Part shown: positions 53,301 through 64,000 of the stretch, in pieces
Numbering within the stretch: the first letter of the stretch is position 1
Layout: the number at the start of each line of letters is the position of its first letter
From: Neodothiora populina
Lineage: Eukaryota
DNA length: 64,000 nucleotides
Assembly: GCF_041146345.1 (NCBI RefSeq)
Contig: NW_027191404.1
Span: 1,922,001 to 1,986,000, forward strand
Reading direction: 5' to 3'
Notes under the pieces: model-generated
What the model saw: the letters and a program-made list of their open reading frames with translations, nothing else
Database searches by the model: none
Told to the model about the DNA's origin: nothing
Made by a program: the position numbers and the translations under genes

Positions 53301-54661
53301 AGGATATGCTGCAGAGATGATACCACGTCTGGTCGGGTATCCCTGCGGCACATGACTTTGGCAATGAGAGGATCGTAATTCGGAGTGATGGTAGATCCCG
53401 TGTACACCCACGTATCAATTCGAGCTGGAACGTCTGGCCATTCAACCGCTTGCAAAAGACCAGGAGATGGTGCAAAGTTTCGAGCTGGGTTCTCTGCGTA
53501 AATTCGAGCTTCTACGGCGGCACCTTTGGGTGGAATTGACTGCAGAGATTTGAGACTGTCAACAGAGAGTCCTCCCTGGCCTGACAGCTCAGCATCGGCT
53601 TGTTGTAGCATCAGCTTGACAAGATCTATATCGTAGCATAGCTCTGTAATGCCATGCTCAACCTGAAGTCTGGTGTTCATCTCGAGGAAGAAGTAATCGC
53701 CAGACTCGTCGTCCACCAGATACTCCACAGTTCCGACAGAACCATACCTAACAGATTCAGCAAGACTGATGGCGGCACTAGTAAGTTTTTCCCTCAAATT
53801 TGGATGCTTCTCAACGAATGGACTCGGACACTCCTCAATGACCTTTTGATGTCTCCGTTGAATCGAGCATTCTCTTTCACCGAAATGGATTGCCTTTCCT
53901 TGGCCATTGCCGAGTACTTGGACCTCAATATGATGACTAGCAGGGTAGTACTTCTCGATAAAGAGACCTGCGTTACCGAACAAAGACCTTCCCCTAGACT
54001 GTACCATTTGGAAGCCTTCGATAACCTCGGCGTTCGTCATACAAGTGACCAAACCCATACCACCGCCTCCTCCAGTTGCTTTTAGCATCACGGGGAAGCC
54101 TATATTCTCGGCGGCGGTTACAGCCTCATCAGCGCTCTCGACTAGACCTTTTGTGCCCGGCACAATGGGCACGCCGGCCTTTTCAGCTAGTCCACGAGCA
54201 ACATGCTTAACGCCGAATGCCTCGATGGCTTCTGGACTGGGCCCACACCAGGAAATACCAGCGCTCTTTACTTTGCGAGCAAAGTCTGCATTCTCGGACA
54301 AGAATCCATAACCAGGAATGATAGCATCAGCGCCTTTGTCTTTGGCAATAGCGATTATGTTATCGCCATCTGTGTAGACAGAAGAGCTGTGACCCTGTAG
54401 CAGCACCGCCTGATCAGCCGAAGAGACATGGCTCGATGCTGCATCTGCTTCGGAATATATGCTTATGGTTCTGATCCCTAGCGACTTTGCTGTTCTGATT
54501 ATGCGAACCTGGTGGTCAAATTGTTAGGAAAAAGAGCGTCGGAGTTAAGGAGATATCATTATACATATGACGATGCTCGTCGCGAACGTCAGATGCCAAG
54601 AAAACAAACATACAGCTATCTCGCCTCTGTTGGCGATGAGTAAGGTCTTGAGACTTTCCAT
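50361..54661 (-). CDS. lamA: Urea-carboxylase-like biotin-dependent enzyme LamA (biotin carboxylase + PxpC-like + PxpB-like + biotinyl domain), multi-exon
   Basis: LLIANRGEIA, IIPGYGFLSENA, KATGGGGGMG, ERECSIQRRHQKVIEE and EMNTRLQVEH (biotin carboxylase); VQDLPGR..GPMD and SRSGIRL..HPSN (CT-A/B, PxpC-like); YPVDSPGGYQMTGRT (CT-C/D, PxpB-like); LEAMKLE biotinylation site. No N-terminal amidase domain. Confidence 0.88.
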
Positions 54662-55018
54662 TGAGTATACTAAACACTCTGTAAATGTCTCTTTTGACTT
54701 ATACAAAAAAAAAGAACCTACTTGACAGTGCCTGGAAGAACATATATCCCATCTGCAAGGATACCAGTACTCGCCTCATAGGATAGATCATCGGCCGAAG
54801 GGCAACCATCCCCGCTGATCTACAAATGTACATATTACATTCGATAAGAGAGACTCATAGATAGGCCACAGAGTCCGATCACAGCGGTCTCTTACAACGA
54901 GCAACAATAGTATTGTGTCACAGCTCGAGTCAAGTCCTGGCTGAATCTTCTACGTCTGCAATTTGCTTCCTCTCTCTCTGTCTCTTTACCCAGTATTCCT
55001 TCATACCACAGTGACACG
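54662..55018. promoter_or_regulatory. Putative bidirectional lamA/lamB promoter with paired GATA sites
   Basis: 357 bp between divergent ATGs; CGATAA (54842-54847), AGATAG (54859-54864) and palindrome TCGGCCGA (54791-54798). Function is inferred. Confidence 0.55.
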
Positions 55019-56212
55019 ATGCTGCAGCCTCTACAGCGTAAAGTACACATCAATGTTGACCTCGGCGAGGGCTATGGCAACTTCAAGTGCGGGCCGGATG
55101 ATGAGTTGATTCCGATGATAGATCATGCCAATGTATGTAAAGTGCTATAGTGATGACCAGTGGTAAGCATACACAATTGACTGACCAGGCTTCCAGATCG
55201 CATGTGGTGAGTCAACGAGCAACGAGAGCATCCTGCTTGCCTTGAGCCCTCACCAGAGAACACAATTAAATACGAATCAGCTATAGTCCACTATACAACT
55301 GATCATATAACCCAGGCTTCCACGCCGGCGACCCAGTGATAATGCAAAACACCGTCCGAGCCTGTACTGCGCGCCCCCACTCCTCCCATCTCTCCTCTCC
55401 TCCTCCTTGCGATACTGACATCTCCCTCACCCCAAAGGCAAAAAGCACAACATAGCGATCGGCGCCCACCCAGGCCTACCAGACATCCAAGGCTTCGGCC
55501 GACGCGAGATGAAGCTCACGCCCGAAGAATTGACCGCGCTGGTGCGATATCAAGTCGGCGCACTGAAGGGCTTCCTCGACGCCGAGGGCGTGCCTTTGCA
55601 TCATGTCAAGCCGCATGGCGTGCTATACGGTAAGCAAAAAGGATCCAAAAGCCCGCAAAAACCCGCACAATCCGCATGATTCATCTAATTGTGACAATGG
55701 GTTGTAAAGGCATGATGTACCGCGACGAAGAAGTATGCAGAGCCGTATATGCAGGCGTGCCTCCGGGAACACCAGTGTTCGGGCTCGCGGGCACACATCA
55801 CCAAAAAGTCGCCGAGGACATGGGGCTTCCTTTCACGCCGGAGATTTACGGAGACGTCAAGTACAATGGCGATATGACGCTGGTTATTGATCGCAAGAAA
55901 CAGTAAGCTTTTTTTTCCGGAAGAAGAAAATCCAGTGAAATGGGGTTGGCGTGTGGGGAGGGATGCTGGAATGCCGTTTGCTGATGCTTTCTTGATGTTA
56001 GACCGTGGACTTCTGAGCAGACCGAGGCGCATATCAGAGTTCAGCTGGAACAGTCTTCCGTCGTTGCTGTGACAGGAGAGACTGTCGAGATGCCGATTGG
56101 AGATCGCGAGGTTTCGTTGTGTTGTCATTCGGATTCCCCTGGAGCAGTGGATATCGTCAAGACGGCAAGGAGATTGGTGGATGAATTCAACGCAAAGCAT
56201 ACTTTTACATGA
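55019..56212 (+). CDS. lamB: LamB/YcsF family protein (5-oxoprolinase subunit PxpA-like), 5 introns including a 10-nt micro-exon
   Basis: [56 protein letters not shown] and [11 protein letters not shown] are all LamB/YcsF signature motifs. Confidence 0.93.
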
Positions 56213-56448
56213 ACAACGCATGTCTGTAGAATGAAACGACGGCATCGAACGTCTTGTTTAGTCTATCTAATGCTTATGAAGACGCCGAAAAGAGCCCCGT
56301 CACTTGAGCCATGCTCTTACCACTATCGAGCAATCCACTGCATTGTTTGCATGAAGATGCACATTTTCCGCTATATGAGTAGAGAGTGATTGTATTCCAC
56401 AGAGCCGATGCGTCCATTCTTGAAGACGTTGGTGCTCTAAAAAGACTA

Positions 56449-59400
56449 TCAGAACTTCTGACTAGGGTCCAACACTTGCTGATATTCCTCGATGTCTTTA
56501 ATGGTCTCGTTGAATGCATCCGAGACCGCAGCCGCTGCGTGGTTGCGGTTTGCATCACTCTTGGTGCGCCAAATGGCATCCATTAAACTAGACATAACCT
56601 GCTCCAGCTGCTCGATAGTCAGTCCGCTAGACTTGGTTACCAGTTCTGTATGCAGTCGATGTAGGTTATCCGGGTCCACCGGGATTACATGCAGGTAGTT
56701 CTCCACCGGTTCGTTGAGCAAAGCATGGACTGATGATGATTGCCGGTTGTGCTGTGGTGGCCCCATGACTTGTGGTGAGGACTGAGATGCTTGCGACCCT
56801 GAGCTTGCGATCTCGGGCTGTGTATCTGGAAGTTGACTACCGCCGCTTGGAAGGAACGCACTAAAGTCTGGTAGATCGCCATTGCGGGCAACATTTGACT
56901 GACTTGATTCATGTGATCCACCAAGCCCGTTCGAGTGACCAGTGTAGGGACCGCTGGTACGATTGCTTTGGTCGCTCGTCCTCTGTCCTGAAGTTGTTGT
57001 CGAAGCACTGTTGTAATAGTCCTTGATATCCGTGCCAGGACGAATTTGCGTGATTGCACTTGTTTGAGTATGACTTTGTGTGCGCTGGGGGTCCGATCCG
57101 GACAAAGCGAAGTTTTCATACTTGTTCTCGTGTGCATTCGAGACTGAGGACAGGTCTTGACTATCTGTCATTTCGGTGTCCTCGTGAAACCCTTGTGGCG
57201 CTTCCGAGCCACCTGTACCATTCTGAAGTGGGGCATGGCCTGTTTTGGCTGGGGTAAATGGCGGTAGGGCGCGTGCGCCTGGAACATTCTCGCCAAGGTG
57301 CAGAGGTCCTGCAGATTGATCGCCGGTGCTGTTTGACACATGGGGCGGGATATTGGCTGTGACAATGGGGACATCGTAGCCGTCTCGTCGTGATTGCTCT
57401 GCCTTCTCCAGTATCTCCTTTTCTCGAGCTTGTTCTCGAGCCGAAACAGCCTCACACTCGGCGATGAGAGCTGGTTGCGAAGCCTCGAGGCTGATCATAT
57501 CCACTTCAACGTTTGCAACCATCTCATTTGCTTTTAGTGTCCGCTCAGGATCGCCACTGGTTCTAGCGTCCTTTGCAAGACGCTTGATGTCGGCAAGGAA
57601 GTCCTTTGGCCTTTTGTAGTAGCCATTTGAGAGTCGATTCTCAATGGTCACGATCTCGAGGTTGTAGTAAAATCTGCCTGTAGCCGTCTCGCGGAGTCCA
57701 GTTACACCCTTCTCGTCCTTCTCTAAAGTGTAAGGTCGATCAAGCATCTGCTGCGCCTGTTCATGATCCAAATCCGTGGTGACCACGTCATCGTCCTGCT
57801 CATCGTAAAGGTAAGCAATGAGGCTGTCGTCAACGATAGGTGTCCTGAATTTTCTGTATTTGAGCTTGATCTGATCCATGACCTGCTGGATATGCAGTTT
57901 CAGCATATTCAGTGTGTGTCGATCCCGTTTCTTCTGAGCTTTGATCTCGGCCTTGGTAGGACCCTTTGGTGTTTCAATCTCTGGCGCTTCAGGGAGCTCC
58001 TCCAACACTCGTTGCTTTCTGTTTGACGGATCCGGGAAGTCTCTAGGTGATCGTCCAACATATTGCATCAAATTTGTAAAGTATTCTTTCCTCGCAGCCT
58101 CATTTGGCCGATCGAGCTTGAAATTGTTCTTGCTGGAGTACCCGAAGAGATCTCGCATCATACCGCCATCTGGCTTGTGGTCTTCTGTAGGCATCTCCAG
58201 GACGCCTAATAGAAGTACGGGGTCGGTGGGAGGGAGGCTTCTCAGGATGCCGGTAAACGTCTTTATCGCTGAATCGCTCAGAGTTATGTACCAGTTCTCC
58301 ACATCTGGTATGTATATCACGCTGGGTTTGTGTCGCTTCACTTCCTCGAAGAGCTGCACGATCGCTGCCTCGGGAGACTGTACTTCATGTTAGCCACGTC
58401 CTGCCTTGAAGTCCGATTTCGGCTTACCCTGGTTGAATCCCTCAACAGCGTTGGCAGGTCGAAAGACTGAACATGAAGACCTTCGAATTTACTCAAAAGT
58501 GCTTGACTGAGGTACTGTTGTCCCATTCCTTGCAGTCCACGAATGAGTAGTCTAGGACGGAAAATTCTCGCTGTCTCGAATTCTGGAGCAGCCGTTAGTA
58601 CGATGTCGTATGCATAAGAAGAAAATTCATTTCGATACCTCGCGCCAGTGTTTCTTTCTCAAATCCACGCTCGTCATCCCTATCATCAAACATGGCTTCT
58701 TCGAGTGCAGTAGCTCGCTTTTTCTGAGGGATGATCTCGTCAAGCAGTGCTGACGCTTTCACGAGAGACTCGCGCAAGAGTGGTTCGATGCTTTTGTTGA
58801 GCGGGGCAGCCGCCGAAGATGCGGATCGCTCAGATGATGGTACGATCTTGTTAACGGAAATCATGAAGTCTTTCGCCAGCACCCTGATCTTGGTTGGATC
58901 GATGAGCAGTTTTTTAGTGCTCTTGTATATTTGCGGAAATGTGCCCTGCACAGCATTCAAAGCGGCCTCTGTGCACAGAGCTCGAAGATCAGCGCCTCCG
59001 TAGCCCTTTGTCAAACTCGCCAGTTGATCCTTGAATGCCGGTTGCAGAGGCGGGTCCCAGCCCTTAGTATGGATGTCAATGATCGCCAGCCGTCCTGATT
59101 GATTAGGTAGAGGAAAGTAGAATTCTCGATCAAATCGGCCAGGCCTACGCAAAGCGGGATCAACGGAGTCAGGACGATTGGTCGCTCCAATCACGACCAC
59201 CTGACCTCTGCCATCCATACCATCCATGAGCGCAAGCAACGTAGCTACGATGGAGGCATGAATCTGTTCTTGCTTGCTTGAGCGTACAGGCGCGAGCCCA
59301 TCAATTTCATCAAAGAAAATGATACTCGGCTGGTTCTTTCGGGCCTCCTCGAAAAGCAATCTCAGTTGTCTTTCGGCCTCGCCCACCCATTTGCTGAGCG

Positions 59401-61635
59401 CATCTGCACCCTTGCGCATATAGAAAGTTACCTTCTTGCCTTGAGAACTGACGCTTGACGCCAGAGCACGAGCTAAGAGGGTTTTACCCGTTCCGGGTGG
59501 ACCATGGAATAGGACGCCACGTGGAGGGGTGATCTTGAATTGTTGGAAGACTTCGGGGTAAAGTAGAGGAAGAGCAACCATCTCTTTCAGTCGATCGATG
59601 TGATCGTCCAGACCTCCGACCCCCTCGAAACTAACATTTGGATCGACACCAAGAGGATCCGCGTCAGCCAGCGCCTTCTTGTCTTTGAATTTGCCAAAGT
59701 TAGAGGGTGCGCCGGCTGTGCTTTGGGCCGGATCTGCGTTGTGAGTCTGTGGGAACATAGGTGCCGCAGCGGCTGTGGGAGTCATGCCAACAGTGCCCCC
59801 AAGTCTAGGCATCTTAGACATATTGTCATCATCGCTGCTGTCAGATTCGACGCCAGCCGCTGCGCCCGTGCCTTCAGGACCGCCGAATACAGGAGTAGGT
59901 CCTCCGGCACCACCAAATGGGCCAAGGGTTGAGAACAAACTTCTCCACGGTGCAGCACCACCTCTGCGATTGCGCTGCGATGCTGGAGCAGGGGCGACAA
60001 CGGTCTCCTCGTCATCTCGCTGAAGCAATTCTGGACGGAATATTCTGTAATCTGGGCGGTTGCTGCGATTACGTAGGGTGGTAGGCTCGAAGGTTATACC
60101 CTCTGTAGTTCGCTTGCTTCGGCGTGGACGTTTGTTTCGACGACGGTCCTCATCAAGCTCCGCAGCTTCGTCGGCAATCTCGTCGAGATCAAGCTCGCTT
60201 GCAGCGTCGTCAGAATGATTGCTACGTTGAGAACCTCTGCCACGTTTCCCGGCTAACCGCGTCGAGCGTCTACCTCCATTACTGCTTGAGTCATTGTCGC
60301 TCTTGCGGGACTTCCTGTTGGAATGCTGCAGTTCGTCAGAGCTCGAGATGTGTTCGTCTGCGGCATTGTCGTCTGCGTCGGGTTCGAAGTCGCTGCTCTG
60401 TTCTTGTCCAGCCTTGCGCGGGCGCAACGCTCTTCGGGACCCAGAATTAGAGGCAGCTGGGGGACTCTCGGGCTTGGCACGTGACTAGCAGAGAGGATCA
60501 GCATCGTAGAATCACGAATGTTACAGCCAATGGAAAGCAATCCAGTAATACTCACTCTCAGACTTCTGCCGCCTCTCGTTTTAACAGGTTCGTCATCGTC
60601 ATCTTCATCTTCATCACCGTTACCCTCAATGGGTTCCTTTGGCGCAAAAGCATCGGACTCAGCTTTGTCCTCCTCGACATCATCATCTTGCTGGGCATCC
60701 GGGGCAAAAGGAGATTCAACATCGCTTGCTTCCACCTTGGGATCCTCATCTGCACCAGCTGCGTAATCGTCAATGCCTGGGAGCAAGTCACCCTGGCCAG
60801 ACTGAACATTGAAATCCTGAGAGGCGGGGTTTTCCTCTTGTGAGACTTCCATTATGGCACTGGGATATGATTTGAGGCCCTGAGTGTGTCTGGTTGTGCG
60901 AGTTCGTGATAGAGAGCGCGGTATCGCTAGTGGTTGTGGTTCTGGTGTTGCTGTTCCTTTACGCGCAATGCGTGTGTGACGGCCAGAGCCGGTCAATGCA
61001 ACCAGATCAGTCTCTTCGTCGTGCGATATGCGGCTACTACGCCGGGTTCCAATAGCTGCAGCTGCTGAGGGAGTCGCGCTTCTCGCCTCGAACCTGCTGC
61101 CAGTCCGTGATCTGGTGGATCTCTGATTTCTTGCCGAGCTTTTCGAAAAATCTACGGGAAGCTTGACAACCAGAGACTTTCGTGGGACGCTACCTTCCCT
61201 CTTCACTTTGGGAGAAGGAGGAGCAGCTTCGGAGTCCGGGACTTCAGAATCACCGTCTCCTTCTTCTTCTTCTTCCTCTTCGTCGCTTGACTCAGCGTAG
61301 TCCTTTGGCTTGATCGCCGTCTTGCGCACTCTACGGCCAGTCTTGGGATTGACTTTGACTGGCTCGTCGCCTTCGTCTGCGTCGCTCTCGGCACCGAACG
61401 AGTCGTTGTCGTCGCTGCTGACACTGTCGTCTTCGATGACTCCGTCAGAGTCTCCGTAGCTTCCCCCTCTTCTCGCTCGTTTAGTTGGTTTTCGAGACTT
61501 GGTCTTGGGTCTCGGTGTTCTTTTCGTATTGCGCGCCCGTTGCGAAGAGGTGAAAGCGTTGTTGTCGTAGTCCTCGTCGTCGGAGTCGCTTTTCGGGGGT
61601 TCGTCGAAATCGGCCTTGCGTTTCCGATAAGCCAT
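56449..61635 (-). CDS. YTA7: AAA+ ATPase/bromodomain histone chaperone Yta7 (ATAD2-like), 3 introns
   Basis: Acidic N-terminus, GVLFHGPPGTGKT (Walker A), MRKGADALSKWVGEAERQLRLLF, IIFFDEIDG (Walker B), SRH PALRRPGRFDREFYFPLP, a degenerate second AAA domain, and bromodomain-like IENRLSNGYY..FLADIKRL. Confidence 0.95.
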
Positions 61636-63097
61636 GCCGGTTGGAGGTGATGTTACGATGCAAGATCAGATCCCTAGCGAAAGAACTTGCGCGGCGCAGT
61701 CTTGGTGATCATCTGCAGATCGGATAGAGTTCAATGTGTTCAAAGCAAATGCTGTCGCGTCGGCGTTTGGAGGATGGTTTTAAGCCTTCAAGTCAGAGAT
61801 GAGTTTCCAGCGACCACACACCACACTGTCACACACGAAAGATGATAGCCAGAAGTCGATGGACCATGGATGAAGCATAGATAAAACACAACGCGAAAGA
61901 GAAGAAAGGATGGAAATGAATGATGGGAAGTGCACTGATGAGTTGGGTGATGAGCTGCACTGCACGGGCGAATCTTGGCTTGGCGTTTTATGCCGCTAGT
62001 CATTTTAAACTATCAGCCCCGGACGGGAATCAACACTCGCTTCTGCCGTCCAATGCCATCAACAAAAACAACTCCAACACTCTGATCGTGAAATAATGGA
62101 CCTGAACATGGTCAACGGTGATTCTAAGACCGCGTCAGCTAGAGTCGTCGCTCCCTGGATGCCTTACGGGCTTAAAAAGGACCTTACGACCTTCTGAGCC
62201 GTCGCCACACCACATTCTACAAGATCATATTCCATTCGAATACCCTGCTGTCTGACCTTGCTGCCGTAGATCTCCCCGCATCATGCCATGTGCCTAGATG
62301 TAGTTTATTTCAACTTCATTGTTCCTGGCGCCATGTGGACCTTGGCACGTGACTCGGGCTACAACGCCTCTCCGTTTCAGCAGCATGGGCCCCTCGAGGT
62401 CCGGGAACTTTGATTCAGCGTGGCAGAAAGGATAAAGTGTCGCATTCGAAAGCTTTAATCTGCATATTGGTTGGAAGTTCGACCGATACATGTCCTGAGT
62501 ATCTTGCATAGCAGTCACGAGGTCAAGCTCAGACGAGTTGTGCAAGAACCACACCCCTGCCCGAAGGAGCAAGACAAGTGGCGTTTACAGATGGTGTATG
62601 ACTGATATATAAGTGAAGATGTTCTCTGATCGCATTGTTGCAGATGCAGTAGTGATCCGAGTATACAGAATTTGCTTCGAGCACAGTGACGGAAGAACGC
62701 ACATACTCGAATGCTGACGGGACGATTGCTTGGTGTTGCTCCAGTGCTTGACTTGACGTACGTCCCCAGGTTTCGGGATGTCTTGGCATTGCTATACAGT
62801 CAGAACCACCGGAGCACAACGACAATAAAGGGCACGAATCCATTGAGCTACCTTATGTTCCAGGCATGAACTGACCTGAAATGCATTTTTCATATCAGCT
62901 GTTATACATTTCACTGCCAACGTGTGATTGGCCCCATTTCGTGCTTCCTCCCAACGCTTCCATATATACATTGACGCCTCTAACGCTATGCACCGAGAAA
63001 CAAAAACCGTATAGCGCATCCCAAACCACTTTTTCGTCCGAACAACATCGAATTCGAGGAGTATCCTCAAGCTCTTCCCATAGTGTACAAGATAGAT

Positions 63098-64000
63098 TTA
63101 CTTGCCGAAACCTGGAACGCCGGTCCAGGCCTTGCCCTCGGGCAGCTTGGGCTTGCCGAAGCCGAGATCGAGGTCCAAGATGATCTTGAGTGCGTTGCGA
63201 CTCCTCAGGTACGGCAGAGGAGCGTTGGCTTGTTGTAGACCGGTTGCGGGCTCTACGCTTCCTCTTGGGCCGAGGTCTTCCTCGCCGCCGGGCAAGGGAA
63301 GAAGCCCTTGTAGAACTTCGTATCCGGCAAGGGTGAATCCGAATTGTGGCGATGATCGGAGGATACGAGCAGGACCACCCTTGAAGAAAGCGCGGAAGCC
63401 TTCTTCTCTCCAGACTGTCTTGGCGCAGTGTCGGAGGGAGGTGTATTGTGTGTCTCCCTTGCGCGCTTCGACTTGAAGACGGGTCTTGATGACGTCGCAG
63501 GGGGTCGTGAGGTAGGCGGCGGGCATACCAGCAATGGCACCTGCGGTGAGGAGCTGCAGAACGCCTGATTGACAAGAAGTGTTAGCAACAACACGGACAA
63601 AGTTGTAAGGTAAGCAATAGCTGACCGAGCTTCTTGTTGGGGCCCTCGCCGAAGTAATCTCTCTTCAAGTGGTTGTACGTGGGGAAATAGATGGCGGAGA
63701 ACGGAACATCTCTCAATAGACAAGCGCTAGCTCCCTTGTAAAGACCAACCAAACCCAAGTTGCGCACAATCCACATAGCACTCCTCTTTTCGACCTGCTT
63801 CTGCGATTTGGCGACCTCTCCCTGCACTTGCAATCGAATTTTGACAATCTCGAGAGGGTTGGTGAAGATGACTTGACATGCACCTGCAGAAGCACCAGCA
63901 AGGACCTCGTAAGGCCACCAAATGGCTCCAGTCTTGGGGTTGGAGAACTTGCCGCGGACAAGGTCGTTGACAGTCAGCTTGATGGCCTTTTCGGGGGCGA
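63098..64000 (-). CDS. AGC1: Mitochondrial aspartate/glutamate carrier (Agc1/aralar-like), 3' part only; runs off the window
   Basis: [74 protein letters not shown] and [14 protein letters not shown]. Confidence 0.93.

Noticed and set aside
61915..61965. TGATGA/CTGA words suggesting a C/D-box snoRNA
   Set aside because: No terminal stem, proper box order or recognisable rRNA-complementary guide.
50361..64000. Idea that AGC1 (glutamate carrier) and YTA7 belong to a lam metabolic cluster
   Set aside because: Both are universal housekeeping genes; proximity alone gives no support.
1..64000. tRNA, 5S rRNA, TPP riboswitch, transposons, RIP-degraded repeats, telomeric repeats, CRISPR
   Set aside because: None recognised by eye. 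tRNAscan-SE, Infernal/Rfam and RepeatMasker runs would be needed to exclude them formally.

Overview
Gene-dense eukaryotic (filamentous ascomycete, probably Dothideomycete-like) euchromatic window with short GT-AG introns and 22 protein-coding genes. In order: veA; an uncharacterised basic nuclear protein; a secreted mucin-like protein with three PAN/apple-like Cys modules and about 16 introns; an HSDL2-like SDR; S-formylglutathione hydrolase; a head-to-head RPB6/TFIIIA pair; a GPI-type Cys-rich protein; an unknown mitochondrial-type membrane protein head-to-head with NNF1; a PH-domain protein; a C2H2 TF; a DHH phosphoesterase; PDX1; a Myb-like protein; an MMT-type CDF transporter; a PREG/Pho80 cyclin; ARMC8/Vid28; a head-to-head lamA (urea-carboxylase-like)/lamB (LamB/PxpA) pair; YTA7; and the 3' part of AGC1. 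I recognised no RNA gene, transposon or CRISPR array. The most notable items are (i) a run of 11 introns and 10 short exons in 1.17 kb of the mucin-like gene, five of them frame-preserving, (ii) the lamA/lamB biotin-carboxylase + PxpABC-like lactam system, (iii) the RPB6-TFIIIA divergent pair also known from S. cerevisiae, and (iv) an uncharacterised RecJ-like DHH enzyme with a possible alternative mitochondrial start. All product calls come from motif recognition by eye, not from database searches.
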